The notes: a model not told the origin generated them from the letters alone. A stretch of 64,000 nt of DNA from Myxococcota bacterium (GCA_041687695.1 JAWLBL010000001.1:355461-419460), one strand, 5' to 3'. Positions 1-10,281 are shown, counted from the stretch's first letter. Numbers and translations: made by a program.

Positions 1-1232
1 GAGTAGTGGACGACGACCTCGGGGCGTCCGTCCTCGGCCACGGTGCTCGGGTGGTCGATGTGCCTCAGGCGCTGGATCTCGGGATCGAGCCGGTGCGGGT
101 CGACGACGCGGCACGCCTCGGCGCAGCGCCCGATGACGCGGCGGCCCTCGGCGTCCAGGATCTGGATGACGTGGTCGGGGACCCATCGGGCGAAGCGGCG
201 GCCCAGGTAGCGCTTGCCCCACTCCTTGATGCGGTCCTTGATCATGTACGAGATCACGGCCGCCACGATGAAGGGCATGCTGAAGACGCCGTAGGCCAGC
301 TGGGCCCAGATGCCGACCAGGACGGCGAAGAGCATGGCCGCCGCCGCCGCGACCATGCCGATGAGGTCCCGGGTGATGCGTCCGGCCTCCTCGTGGCGGA
401 TGTCCAGGTACAGCGCGCTCGACACGATGCGCTTCAAGATGCGCCGGCGGTACGGGAAGGCCTCGTTCTCGTCGTCCTCGAGGACGTAGCTGGGGTAGGC
501 CCGGGCGCGGCGATAGTGGTAGTGGCCGACGGCCATCTCGGCGACGACGTCCCGGACCGAGGTCAGCGGCGAGGCGTCGTCCGACCAGGCGCCGACGCGC
601 TCGTCGACCAGCTCCACCAGGGCGGTCGAGACGTCCTCGGCGACCAGCGCCGTGTACTCGTCGACGGCGAACCAGGTCTCGCGGACCTGGGCGGGCACGT
701 CGTCCCGCTCGGCGCCGTGGCCCAGCTCGCGCAGGCGGTCGAGCGCCCGGCGGACCTCGGCGACCAGCTCGACGATGGAGCCGGCCAGCTCGCGCTCGCG
801 CACGCCGGCGAGGCCGGTGTCGATCGGCGGCAGCTGCGCGAACTGGTCGCCCACCCGGATGAGCACGTCGCGTAGCGACGAGCGGTAGATGCAGCCGAGC
901 AGCTTGAGCCGGCTGGCGAGCCGCGTCGCCTGGCGCGGCCGGAGCGGCACCGGGGTCTTCAGGGCGTCGCGGATGGGCCCGAACCACTCGTCCGACTGCC
1001 CCGCGCGGGCCAGGATGCCGATGGGCACGCGCGGCGTCTTGAGCCGCACGAAGACCGACGTGTCCTCGTAGAAGCGCTCGGCGCCGTAGGTGTACCCGTC
1101 GAGCCCCAGCGAACGCGGGATGAACATGAAGGTCTCGACGCGGTACGACTGGCGCTGACCGGGCCGGAGCAGGTAGGCGAGCTTGAGTTCGAGCTGGTTG
1201 GCGTCGTGGGGTTCGAGGCGGCGATCGAGCAA
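1..1232 (-). CDS. Conserved hypothetical membrane-associated protein, 3' end beyond the window
   Basis: Absent from the ORF track because it runs off the end. Manual translation from TTG at 1232 gives MLDRRLEPHDANQLELKL...YRVETFMFIPRSLG...two hydrophobic helices...SYMIKDRIKEWG, with no stop and genome-typical codon usage. Confidence 0.8.
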   Translation of the reverse strand, partial: MLDRRLEPHDANQLELKLAYLLRPGQRQSYRVETFMFIPRSLGLDGYTYGAERFYEDTSVFVRLKTPRVPIGILARAGQSDEWFGPIRDALKTPVPLRPRQATRLASRLKLLGCIYRSSLRDVLIRVGDQFAQLPPIDTGLAGVRERELAGSIVELVAEVRRALDRLRELGHGAERDDVPAQVRETWFAVDEYTALVAEDVSTALVELVDERVGAWSDDASPLTSVRDVVAEMAVGHYHYRRARAYPSYVLEDDENEAFPYRRRILKRIVSSALYLDIRHEEAGRITRDLIGMVAAAAAMLFAVLVGIWAQLAYGVFSMPFIVAAVISYMIKDRIKEWGKRYLGRRFARWVPDHVIQILDAEGRRVIGRCAEACRVVDPHRLDPEIQRLRHIDHPSTVAEDGRPEVVVHY

Positions 1233-1317
1233 TCGAGGTTCCGGGCGTGACAGGGGAGCGGACGTCGGGTGACATCTTTGTTACAGCGTCCCCGCGTTCG
1301 TGTCACGTTGGCGCCCC

Positions 1318-2124
1318 TCAGGTCCCCGACCCGGCCGCCCCCTCCTCGTCCGGGTTGCGGCGCCGGGTCCGAGGCCGCCGCCGGCGGGACAGCCGTGGCC
1401 GCCGGGGCTCGTCGAGGCCGTAGGCGCGTCGGATGCGCTCGAGGCGCTTGTCGTAGCCGCCGAGCAGCTTGTCCCAACGGCGCAGCCCGACGCGCAGCCG
1501 CTCGACGCGACGCCTGAGTACCGCGATCACCTCGTCCGCCTGCGCCGCCGACGAGCGCGCGGTCGCCGCCGCCTTGGGATCGACGGCGCCGTTGCCCGAC
1601 GGACGCGCCGGCAACTCGGTCACCAGGCGCTCTAGCTCGCGCGCCAGCTGACTCCAGGCCTCCAGCTCGTCCACGCCGAAGCCGAACTCGACGAGGTCCT
1701 GCAGCCCCTTGGCGCCCTCTACGGTGGCGGTCGAGAACAGCGCGTCGCCGCCCTCGGTCCGCATCGCCGGGCGCAGGATGCCCCGATCGCGCCAGGCGAC
1801 CAGCATGACCTCGTCGACACCGCTGCGACGCGCCAGCTCCGACAGCCGGATGTAGGTCGGGGGCCGTTGGAACAGCCCCCGACGTTGGATCGGCAGCCCG
1901 ACCTTGCGCGCGATGGCGGCGATGTCCTTGGGCTGGTAGCCCAGCTCGACCAGCGACAGGACCTTCTCGAGCTGCTCGCGCGCCTCGGCCCCGTACAGCG
2001 GCGCCCCGTGGCCGTCCCGCGCGACCACGCGGAGCAGCCCGAGGCGCTCGAGCTCGCTGACGAAACTCGGCGCCGGGTCGAGGCCCTCGAACAGCTCGTC
2101 CCAGGTCCAGGTCTCGCGCGACAT
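1318..2124 (-). CDS. MerR-family regulator with two MerR-like HTH domains
   Basis: First HTH at the N-terminus (ELERLGLLR...LYG...LVELGYQPKDI). Second HTH: IRLSELARRSGV...AWRDRGILRP. These are followed by a coiled coil and an Arg-rich tail. Confidence 0.75.
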   Translation of the reverse strand: MSRETWTWDELFEGLDPAPSFVSELERLGLLRVVARDGHGAPLYGAEAREQLEKVLSLVELGYQPKDIAAIARKVGLPIQRRGLFQRPPTYIRLSELARRSGVDEVMLVAWRDRGILRPAMRTEGGDALFSTATVEGAKGLQDLVEFGFGVDELEAWSQLARELERLVTELPARPSGNGAVDPKAAATARSSAAQADEVIAVLRRRVERLRVGLRRWDKLLGGYDKRLERIRRAYGLDEPRRPRLSRRRRPRTRRRNPDEEGAAGSGT

Positions 2125-2139
2125 CTTGCTTCTCGTCGG

Positions 2140-3963
2140 CTACTTCTCGTCGGACTCGCTGGCCTTGGCGGACTTGCGGCTCCGCGAGCTGGGCTTGCGC
2201 CCCGTCGCGGGGGTCTCGTCCGCGGACGCCTCGGCCGCGGCCTCGGCCTTCTTGCTCCGGCTACGGGTGGCCTTCGTGGCAGGCTTGGCCTCGGCCTCGG
2301 CCTCGGCCTCGGCCTTCTTGGCCGCCGGTGCCTTGCGTCCGCGGCCGCGCGTGGCGCGCGCCGTCTTGGTGTCGGGCTTGGCCGCCTCGGCCTCGCTCGG
2401 CGCCGCGGACTCGACCTCGGCCGTCGCCGGCTCGGGCTGGGCCTGGGTGGCCGCCTTCGTCGGCTTCGCCTGGGGCTTGGGCTCCGGCTTGGCCTCAAGC
2501 TTGGGCTCCGGCTTGGCTTCAGGCTTGGGCTCCGGCCTGGCTGCGGCCTTGGCCGCCTCGGGCTTGGTCGCCTCGGGCTTCGGCGCGGGCTTGGCCTCGG
2601 CCTTCGCTTCGGCCTGCGGCTCGGGCGCGATCGTCGCCTCGGCCTCGGACGCCACGGGCTTGGGGGCGCTGGGGCGCGCCGCCGCGCGGATCCGCCGACG
2701 CTCCTCGCGCGTCAACTTCCGGCCACCGCCCTCGCCCTCGCCTTCGTCCTCGTAGCGCTCGTCGTAGCGCTCCTCGTAGCGCTCCTCGACGCGGGCCGGG
2801 GGCCGCGGCGCCTCGACCTCCGCGGCCGGCGCGGGCTCGGCCGCACGCGCCGCGCGAGGGGCCTCGGCCGCTTCGCCGCGCATCGCCGCCAGCAGCTCGT
2901 CCGCCGGGCGCGCCACGTTGCGCACCCGGTCGACCCACACGATGTCGGGGAAGGCCTTGAGGAAGCTGGTGAAGGTCCGATACCCGAGGCCCAGCTCGTC
3001 GAAGTCCGGCGCGACCTCCTGCAGAGTGTCCTTCAGCCGCGACAGACGCACCGGCTCGTCGTCCTCGGCGGCGGCCAGGATCGCGCGGCTGAGCGCGTCA
3101 CGCGCCTCGGCCTCGACCTCGGGCAGCAGCTTCGGCGGCGGCGCCTTGGGCCTGTCCGGGCCGCCACGACCCCGCGACGACGCGGCCTCGCTCGGCTCCT
3201 CGTCCATGTGCTGCGGCGCGCCGCGGCCGATGCGCACCATGCCGCCCTCGAGCACCTGGACCAGGTGCTCGTAGTTGCGCAGGAAGCGCGTGAACGAGCT
3301 CGCCCCGTAGTTGCGCTCGTTGAAGGTCGGATCCTGCTTGCGCATGCGATCCTTGAGCAGGCTCGCCTTGAAGGTCGAGCCGTAGTCGTCGACCACGTGC
3401 TCGAGCGCGCGCTTGAGCCGGACCTCGCCCTCCTCGACCGAGTAGCCCTGCACCCGCTGGCCGACGAGGGTCTCGTAGAAGATGAACTCGTGGCACTGCT
3501 TGACGAGGATCTGGCTGGCCGCGCTCTTGGCCGACAGGCCGACGACCCGCTTGCCGTGATCCCGCAGGCGCTGCGCCAGGATGCCGAAGTCGCTGTCGCC
3601 CGAGCAGATGACGAAGGTCTCGATGTGGTGGCGCGTGAAGAGGATCTCCATCGCGTCGACGCAGATCGCCGTGTCGGTGCGGTTCTTGTCGCTGACGCCG
3701 TAGCTCGGCAGGAACACCATCTGCACGCCTTCCTCGAGGAACTGGCGCTGATGGCGTCGGTAGCGGCCCCAGTCGGCGTAGGCGCGGCGGATCATCACGT
3801 CGCCGCGCTCGTTCAGGGCGTCGATCACCTTCTTGACGGTGAACTCGTCCTGGATGCCGAGGACGATGTTCTCGAGGTCGAAGAAGACCGCGATGCCCCC
3901 AAGGTCGTCGCCGCTGCCGCTCGGTGTCTGGTCGGCGTCGACGAGGCTCTCTCTGATTCGCAT
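2140..3963 (-). CDS. NYN (LabA/DUF88) domain protein with two OST-HTH/LOTUS domains and a long Ala/Lys/Pro/Glu-rich tail
   Basis: NYN motifs FFDLENI, AYADW, KNRTDTAICVDAME, SGDSDF. LOTUS-like segments FNERNYGASSFTRFL and FDELGLGYRTFTSFLKAFP. Start placed at MRIRES. Confidence 0.88.
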   Translation of the reverse strand: MRIRESLVDADQTPSGSGDDLGGIAVFFDLENIVLGIQDEFTVKKVIDALNERGDVMIRRAYADWGRYRRHQRQFLEEGVQMVFLPSYGVSDKNRTDTAICVDAMEILFTRHHIETFVICSGDSDFGILAQRLRDHGKRVVGLSAKSAASQILVKQCHEFIFYETLVGQRVQGYSVEEGEVRLKRALEHVVDDYGSTFKASLLKDRMRKQDPTFNERNYGASSFTRFLRNYEHLVQVLEGGMVRIGRGAPQHMDEEPSEAASSRGRGGPDRPKAPPPKLLPEVEAEARDALSRAILAAAEDDEPVRLSRLKDTLQEVAPDFDELGLGYRTFTSFLKAFPDIVWVDRVRNVARPADELLAAMRGEAAEAPRAARAAEPAPAAEVEAPRPPARVEERYEERYDERYEDEGEGEGGGRKLTREERRRIRAAARPSAPKPVASEAEATIAPEPQAEAKAEAKPAPKPEATKPEAAKAAARPEPKPEAKPEPKLEAKPEPKPQAKPTKAATQAQPEPATAEVESAAPSEAEAAKPDTKTARATRGRGRKAPAAKKAEAEAEAEAKPATKATRSRSKKAEAAAEASADETPATGRKPSSRSRKSAKASESDEK

Positions 3964-4188
3964 GAAGTCCTGTGTTCCGTTGGTTCGGGAGCGCGCGCGG
4001 GACGCCCGCCGGGCGGGCCTCGTCACTGGAGGCCAGGCCCTCGGGCCGTCACGCTCGCGCCCTTTCGCGTCCAGGTCCGGCGCCGCGCACCCTCGCGGAC
4101 CGCCGGGGCGCGCCACCGCAGCCCCGCGGCCGCGCGCCATTCGCATCCGACCCCGGCCTGGACGGCGCGGCGATCGGTGCGGGGGACG

Positions 4189-5736
4189 TTAGCGGGTTTG
4201 CGAAGGCTTGTCGATCACGGCGCCGTCGCCTTCGTCACCGCGCGTCAGCCGGTCACGCAGCACGCGCTTGACGATCTTGCCCGACGGCCCGATCGGCATG
4301 GCCTCCACGAAGTGGACCTCGCGCGGCACCTTGTAGCGGCTCAGGCGCTCGCGGCAGTAGGCGGCCAGCTCGTCGGCGGCGGCGCGGGCCCCCGGGCGCA
4401 GCGTCACGAAGGCGACGACCTCTTCGCCGTAGAAGGGATCCGGGCGCCCGACGACCGCGGCCTGCGCGACGGCCGGGTGCGCGCACAGGGTCTGCTCGAC
4501 CTCGGACGGGTACACGTTGTAGCCGCCGCGGATGATGAGGTCCTTGGTGCGATCGACCACCGTCAGGCGCCCGTCGGCGTCCAGGCGCCCGACGTCGCCC
4601 GTGTGCATCCAGCCGCCGCGCAGGGCCTCGTCCGTGGCCGCCGGGTCGTCCAGGTAGGCCGTCATGACGTTGTGGCCGCGGACCAGCACCTGCCCCTCGG
4701 CGCCCACCGGCACGTCGCGATCCTGCCCGTCGACCACACGGACCTCGATGCCCCAGACCGGCCGCCCGACCGTCCCGGCGACGCGCGCGTCGGGGGGCGC
4801 GTTCAGGGTCGAGAAGGTCGCCTCGGTCATCCCGTAGCCCTGCCGCACCTCGGCGCCCAGGCGGTCCTCGGCGCGCTGGCGGATGTCGTCGGGCAGGGGC
4901 GCGCCGGCGCTGAGCGCCCACCGGAGCCGCTCGGGCCGAGGGCCGTCGGGCAGGCCGGCCCAGGCCGCGAACATGGTCGGGACGGCCGGGATCCAGGTCA
5001 CGCCCTGCGCGTGGGCGGCCTCGAGGCTGCGCGCGGCGTCGAAGCGCGGGGTCAGCACGCAGCGGGCGCCGGCGAAGAACGGGGCCAGCAGGACCATGCG
5101 GCTGCCGTAGGAGTGGGTCAGCGGCAGCACGCCCAGCACCACGTCGTCGGGCCCCAGGGCCAGCGCGTGATGGACCAGGATGGCCGTGTGGGTCAGGAGC
5201 GACGCGTGCGACAGGGCGGCGCCCTTGGCCTGCCCCGTGGTGCCCGACGTGTACAGAACCATGGCCGCGTCGCCCGGCGCACGATCGGCGGGGTGTTCCA
5301 GCGGCGTCGCGTCGGCCCCGAGCTCGCCGAGCGGCGCCAGGGCCGCGGCGCGGCGGGCCTGCGAGAGGCCGGCTTCGGCCGTGGCGAGGCGCTCGGCGTC
5401 GGCCAGCAGGAGATCGCAGGCGGCGTGATCGACGCGGTGGGCGACCTCGGGTGGGGCCGACAGGATGGGGACCGGGACCACGGTCGCGCCGGCGTAGAGC
5501 ACGCCGAAGTAGGCCTCGACGTACGCGCGGCCGTTGGCGCCCATCAAGGCGACGCGCGCGCCCGGGGCGTGTCCGGCGGCGGCCAGCGCGCCCGCGACCC
5601 TGGCGGCGCCGGCGTCCAGCTCGCCGTAGGTGACGGCCACGGGCGACGCGCCCGGCGCCCCCAGATCCACGATGGCGACCCGCTCGGGGTGGCGGCGCGC
5701 CGACTGTCTCAGCACCTGCCCGACGTTGATGCCCAT
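4189..5736 (-). CDS. Long-chain fatty acid-CoA ligase (AMP-binding family)
   Basis: Motifs YTSGTTGQAKG, QGYGMTE, WMHTGDVG, DRTKDLIIRGGYNVYPSEVE, SGKIVKR. Confidence 0.93.
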   Translation of the reverse strand: MGINVGQVLRQSARRHPERVAIVDLGAPGASPVAVTYGELDAGAARVAGALAAAGHAPGARVALMGANGRAYVEAYFGVLYAGATVVPVPILSAPPEVAHRVDHAACDLLLADAERLATAEAGLSQARRAAALAPLGELGADATPLEHPADRAPGDAAMVLYTSGTTGQAKGAALSHASLLTHTAILVHHALALGPDDVVLGVLPLTHSYGSRMVLLAPFFAGARCVLTPRFDAARSLEAAHAQGVTWIPAVPTMFAAWAGLPDGPRPERLRWALSAGAPLPDDIRQRAEDRLGAEVRQGYGMTEATFSTLNAPPDARVAGTVGRPVWGIEVRVVDGQDRDVPVGAEGQVLVRGHNVMTAYLDDPAATDEALRGGWMHTGDVGRLDADGRLTVVDRTKDLIIRGGYNVYPSEVEQTLCAHPAVAQAAVVGRPDPFYGEEVVAFVTLRPGARAAADELAAYCRERLSRYKVPREVHFVEAMPIGPSGKIVKRVLRDRLTRGDEGDGAVIDKPSQTR

Positions 5737-5816
5737 GGCGGGGCACCTCGCCACCTGGGCCGCGGCCTGTCAAGACGGAGCTCACCACGACCGCCGCGAC
5801 CTGCTAGGCTCGGGTC

Positions 5817-6482
5817 ATGACGTCGCCGCCCTCCGACCCGCGCCCCGCCCGCTACGCCTACCTGCACGGGTTCGCCTCGGGCCCCCGCTCCCGCAAGGCC
5901 CTGGCCCTCGCGCCCGCGCTCGCGACCACCGGCCGCCGCCTCGAGCGCCCCGATCTGAACGTCCCCTCCTTCGCGCGCCTGACCCTGACCGGCGCCCTTT
6001 CGGCCATCGACGCCCTCGACGCCGCGGCGTCGCCCGCCGGCGCCCCCTGGCGCCTCATCGGGTCGTCCATGGGCGGCTACCTCGCGGCCCGCTGGGCCGA
6101 GCTGCACCCAGACCGCGTCGATCGCCTGGTCCTGCTGTGCCCCGGGTTCCGCCTCACCGAGCGCTGGCCCCACCTCATCGGCGCGGACGGGATGGCCCGC
6201 TGGCGCGCCCAGGGCGCCTACACCTTCCCCGACGGCGCCGGGACGCCGACCCCGGTCCACTGGGGCTTCATCGAGGACGCCCTGCGCCACCCCGGCGTCC
6301 CCGAGGTGCCCTGCCCCACCCTCATCGTGCACGGCCGCCGCGACGAGGTGGTCCCCGTCGCCCTGTCGCGCGAGTACGCCGCGAGCCGCCCGCACGTGAC
6401 CCTGCTCGAGCTCGACGACGATCACGCCCTGACCGCCAGCCTGCCCGCCATCGAGCAAGCCGTCCTGGCCTTCTTCGCGTGA
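5817..6482 (+). CDS. YqiA/YcfP-family alpha/beta hydrolase (esterase)
   Basis: YLHGFASGP, IGSSMGGY nucleophile elbow, HGRRDEVVP, DDDH. Confidence 0.9.
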   Translation: MTSPPSDPRPARYAYLHGFASGPRSRKALALAPALATTGRRLERPDLNVPSFARLTLTGALSAIDALDAAASPAGAPWRLIGSSMGGYLAARWAELHPDRVDRLVLLCPGFRLTERWPHLIGADGMARWRAQGAYTFPDGAGTPTPVHWGFIEDALRHPGVPEVPCPTLIVHGRRDEVVPVALSREYAASRPHVTLLELDDDHALTASLPAIEQAVLAFFA

Positions 6483-6485
6483 CCG

Positions 6486-8672
6486 TCAGCGCCGCTCGTC
6501 GAGGCGCACCAGACACTCGCAGCCGTCCAGCCAGTGGTAGGCGGCCCAGGCGCCCAGGACGCTGCGCACGTAGTTGCGCGCCTCCTCGAAGGGGAAGTCC
6601 TCGACGAACAGATCCAGGTCCTCTCGCTTGTCCTTCTTGAGCATCCGGCTGACCCGCCCCGGGCCGGCGTTGTAGGCCGCCAGCATCAGCGGCTTGGACC
6701 CGGCGTACTGCATCGCCATGCGCTCGAGCATGCGCACGCCCAGCAGGACGTTGTGGGGCGGATCGAAGAGATCGCCCTCGTCCGACGCCTCGGGCAGCAG
6801 ATCCCGCAGCCACGCGGCCGTCGCGGGCATGAGCTGCAGCAGCCCGCGGGCCCCCGCGTGGCTGACCGCGGTCGGCTCGTAGTAGCTCTCGATGCGCATG
6901 ACCGCCCACACGAGGTACGGGTCGACCCCGGCGGCCTCCGCCTCGCGCGTCACCCAGCCGCGAAACGGCGTCGGCCAGGCCTCGCGCCACAGATCCTGGT
7001 AGCCGTCGTGCGGCGACCACGAGCCGGCCCGCTCGAGCGCGTTCAGGGCGACCCGGGTCCCCGCCCGGTGCCCGCCCGCCGCGTGCAGCATGCGCGCTGC
7101 CCACAGCGCTCGCCCGGTGTGCCCCTCGAAGCCGGCCCGGCGGATCTCGGCCTCCATCGCCTCGAACAGCCCCCACCGCTGCAGCGCCGCCACCCGCCCG
7201 GCCGCCTCCCGCGCCGCCCCGTCGACGGCCCAGTCCGGCTCGGCCGCGCTCGGTCCGCCCAGCGCCCGCGCCTCCTCGACCAGCGTCCGCAGCTCGGCCG
7301 CCCGCTCCGGCGCCAGCGCCTCGAGCGCCTCGAGGCTGCGCAGCCCGTACCACGAGATCGGGTGCTGCTCGGCCGCCCGCGCGAACGCGTCGACCGCCCG
7401 ATCGCGGTCCCCCGCCGCCTGCCAGGTGCGCCCCAGCCAGTACTCGACGCGCCCCCAGTCGCGCTGGCGGCTCGCGCCATAGCCGTGGTCCACCAGCGTC
7501 CCCAGGATCTCGGCCGCCGCCGCGTAGCGCCCCTTCTCGAACTGCGAGCGCCACAGGGCCATCGCCTCGTCCCCGACCGGGTCGAAGCCGACCAGCCGCC
7601 CGAAGCGCCGCTGCACCGCCTTCTTCAGCGGCGCCAGCGCGCCCTCCGCCTGCGCCAGCCCCTGCAGCGCCGTCAGCCCCTCGCGCCGCGCCTGCTCGGG
7701 GTCGCGTCGCTCCATCCAGGCCACCGCCTCGTCCAGCTCCCGCACCTCGTCGGCCGCGAAGGCCAGCCGCGCCAGGTAGACGGCGGCCTGCCGGCTCGAC
7801 GCGTCGCCGGGGCAGGCGTCTCGCGCCTCGCGCAGGCGCGCCCGGACGTCCGTGGCCTTCGTCGACTTCAGCGTCGCCCGCGCCAGGCCGTGCAGCGCGG
7901 CGCACCGCACGCGCTCGTCGGTGTGGGGCAGCGACAGGGCGCGCTCGAACGCCTCGACCGCGGCGTTGCTGGCCCACGCGTCCAGCAGCAGCCAGCCTCG
8001 CTCGGCCTCGGCCGCGGCGTCGTCCATGGGCGGCAGCGCCATCACCAGCTTCGCCGGGACCCAGCTCAGGCGATCCCAGGGCACGCCCAGCCCCGAGGCG
8101 ATCACCGCGGCGGCGTCCTCGAGGGCGCCGGCCTCCTCGAGCAGCTGGGCCGTGACCTTCAGCGCCTCGCGTCCGCCCGGGGTGAGGTCGATGGCGCTGC
8201 GCGCCAGGCCGGCCGCGAGCACGGGATCCCGCTGGGCGAGGCCCCGCGCGGCCGTGGCCACCAGCCAGCCGCGGATCTCGGGCTCGATCACGGCGCCCAG
8301 CAGCACGCGCCCGACCGCCGCCGGGTCGCCCATCCGCGCCCAGATGGGGACGGCCGCGCTGGGCGTCAGCGGCGACTCGGGCGCCAGGCGCCCCCAGGTG
8401 TCCAGGACGCGCGCCGCCCCGGCCAGATCGCCGCGGGCACGCACCAGCACGCGCCCGACGAGGCCGGCGTCCAGGCGCAGGGGCTCGTCGGGGGGCGCGG
8501 GGGGCGTCGGCGACGGACGCGGCGTCGTGTCGCTCAGAGGCGGCGGCAGCGGCTCGGGCGTCGCCCAGGCGGACGGGCTCGCGAGCAGCAGCGCCAGCGC
8601 GACGACCAGCAGGGCTCGGAGCCCGCCCCGGTTCCGGTGTGGACCAATCGGAGCGGGCGAAACGGGCAGCAA
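6486..8672 (-). CDS. Soluble lytic transglycosylase (SLT domain) with N-terminal TPR-like helical region, exported
   Basis: C-terminal VMRIESYY, AVSHAGARGLLQLMP, AAYNAGPG, EEARNYV. Signal-like LLVVALALLLASPSAWA. The TTG start at 8672 is uncertain. Confidence 0.88.
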   Translation of the reverse strand: MLPVSPAPIGPHRNRGGLRALLVVALALLLASPSAWATPEPLPPPLSDTTPRPSPTPPAPPDEPLRLDAGLVGRVLVRARGDLAGAARVLDTWGRLAPESPLTPSAAVPIWARMGDPAAVGRVLLGAVIEPEIRGWLVATAARGLAQRDPVLAAGLARSAIDLTPGGREALKVTAQLLEEAGALEDAAAVIASGLGVPWDRLSWVPAKLVMALPPMDDAAAEAERGWLLLDAWASNAAVEAFERALSLPHTDERVRCAALHGLARATLKSTKATDVRARLREARDACPGDASSRQAAVYLARLAFAADEVRELDEAVAWMERRDPEQARREGLTALQGLAQAEGALAPLKKAVQRRFGRLVGFDPVGDEAMALWRSQFEKGRYAAAAEILGTLVDHGYGASRQRDWGRVEYWLGRTWQAAGDRDRAVDAFARAAEQHPISWYGLRSLEALEALAPERAAELRTLVEEARALGGPSAAEPDWAVDGAAREAAGRVAALQRWGLFEAMEAEIRRAGFEGHTGRALWAARMLHAAGGHRAGTRVALNALERAGSWSPHDGYQDLWREAWPTPFRGWVTREAEAAGVDPYLVWAVMRIESYYEPTAVSHAGARGLLQLMPATAAWLRDLLPEASDEGDLFDPPHNVLLGVRMLERMAMQYAGSKPLMLAAYNAGPGRVSRMLKKDKREDLDLFVEDFPFEEARNYVRSVLGAWAAYHWLDGCECLVRLDERR

Positions 8673-8807
8673 GCGGGCCTCCGGGGCGAAGCAGATACCA
8701 TCCCGAGCTTGAGGCCTGGGGAACTTCGGTTGAAGATTCGGGCATCTTCCTCGTCTGCGGCCGTGTTCCCGGGCTCGACGCCGAGCGCCTCGACCCCCGC
8801 GCTGTCC

Positions 8808-10175
8808 ATGATCCTCATCCGGAGCCCCGTGACCGCCACCACGCCCACCGCCGCCCTCCCCCGCCGCCCCGCCGCGGACGCGCCCTCGACGGGCCGCCTC
8901 GCCCGGGCCGGGCTGATGGCGATGGCGCTGGCCCTGCTCACGATCGCCGTCCTGGGCGGCGCGCAGCTCGCCGGCTGGCTGGGCCACGGCGCCGGAGCGG
9001 TCGCCGCCGCCGTGGGCACCGGCCTCGTCCTGGTGACGCGCCTGGCCCTGTGGTGGCGCTATCGGCCGATGACCGCCACCGCCGCCGAGCTGCAGGACCT
9101 CCCCACCCTGACCGTGGTCATCCCGGCCTTCAACGAAGGCGCCGCGGTCCGCCGCGCCATCGGCAGCGTCCTCGCCAGCCGCTACCCGCAGGACCGCCTA
9201 CGCCTCATCGTCGTGAACGACGGCTCGACCGACGACACGGGCGCCCACGTCGACGCCTGCGCCGCCGAAGCCGGCGGACGCGTCGAGGTGGTCCACCTGC
9301 CGCGCAACCGCGGCAAGCGCCACGCCCTGTACGAAGGCTTCCGACGCGCGCGCAGCGAGGTGATCGCCACCGTCGACTCGGACTCCGAGGTCGCGCCCGA
9401 CGCGCTGGCCCAGCTGGTGACGCCGCTGACGCGCGACCCGGCGGTGGGCGGCGTCGCGGGCAAGGTGACGGTCCACAACCGCAAGCAGAGCTGGCTCACC
9501 CGCATGCTGGGGGTCCGCTACATCCTGGGCTTCGACTTCGTCCGCGCCTACCAGAGCGAGCTGCGCACGGTCTGGTGCTGCCCGGGCGCCCTGCAGGCCT
9601 ACCGCCGCGCGCTCGTCGCCCCGCACCTCGACGCCTGGCGCGACCAGCGCTTCCTCGGCGCGGCCTGCACCAACGGCGACGACCACGCCATGACCAACCT
9701 CGTGCTCTCGCTCGGCGCCGACACGACCTACCAGGCCAACGCCGAGGTCCGCACCCTGGTCCCCGCGACCTACCGCCGCCTGTGCAAGATGTACGTGCGC
9801 TGGGGCCGCTCGGCCACGCGCGAGGGACTGCGCGCCCTGGCCTTCACCCCGGCGCGCGCCCGCCGCATGGGCGGCGTCAGAGGGGCGCTGGTCGCGCTGG
9901 ACGCCCTGCTGCAGCCCGTCGGCCTCGCGCTGCGCATCCTGACCGCCTTCGCCGCCGCGTGGCTGCTGGTCACCCACCCGCTGGCCCTGGCCCAGACCGC
10001 CGCGGTCGCCCTCGCCTTCGCCGCCCTGTACGCGCTGGTCTACCTGCGCTCCGAGCGCTCGCTCGAGGTCGTCTTCGGCTTCGCCTACGCCCTGTTCGCG
10101 TTGGTGGCCCTGCCCTGGGTGCAGCCCTTCGCGACCCTCACGGTCCGCCGCAACGGGTGGCTCACGCGCGGGTGA
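8808..10175 (+). CDS. Processive family-2 glycosyltransferase, hyaluronan synthase/NodC-like
   Basis: VIPAFNE, NDGSTD, GKRHA, VDSD, CCPGALQAYRR, FLGAACTNGDD, RWGRS. TM helices at both termini. Only the 3' part of the listed 6534..10175 ORF is real. Confidence 0.88.
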   Translation: MILIRSPVTATTPTAALPRRPAADAPSTGRLARAGLMAMALALLTIAVLGGAQLAGWLGHGAGAVAAAVGTGLVLVTRLALWWRYRPMTATAAELQDLPTLTVVIPAFNEGAAVRRAIGSVLASRYPQDRLRLIVVNDGSTDDTGAHVDACAAEAGGRVEVVHLPRNRGKRHALYEGFRRARSEVIATVDSDSEVAPDALAQLVTPLTRDPAVGGVAGKVTVHNRKQSWLTRMLGVRYILGFDFVRAYQSELRTVWCCPGALQAYRRALVAPHLDAWRDQRFLGAACTNGDDHAMTNLVLSLGADTTYQANAEVRTLVPATYRRLCKMYVRWGRSATREGLRALAFTPARARRMGGVRGALVALDALLQPVGLALRILTAFAAAWLLVTHPLALAQTAAVALAFAALYALVYLRSERSLEVVFGFAYALFALVALPWVQPFATLTVRRNGWLTRG

Positions 10176-10281
10176 CACCGGGGCGGACGCGACCCGCACG
10201 TCGGCCCTTTTCCCCGCGAGGTCGCTTGATTAGGATGCCGCCGACCCTTGACCGGAACCCCCGGACCCGGAGCGCGCGGCC

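Noticed and set aside
1867..5820. 1317-aa + strand ORF
   Set aside because: Antisense shadow of the NYN and acyl-CoA ligase genes, caused by stop-codon scarcity at high GC.
6534..8807. N-terminal 758 codons of the 1213-aa GT2 ORF (apparent fusion)
   Set aside because: This part overlaps the lytic transglycosylase gene antisense. The real GT2 starts near 8808.
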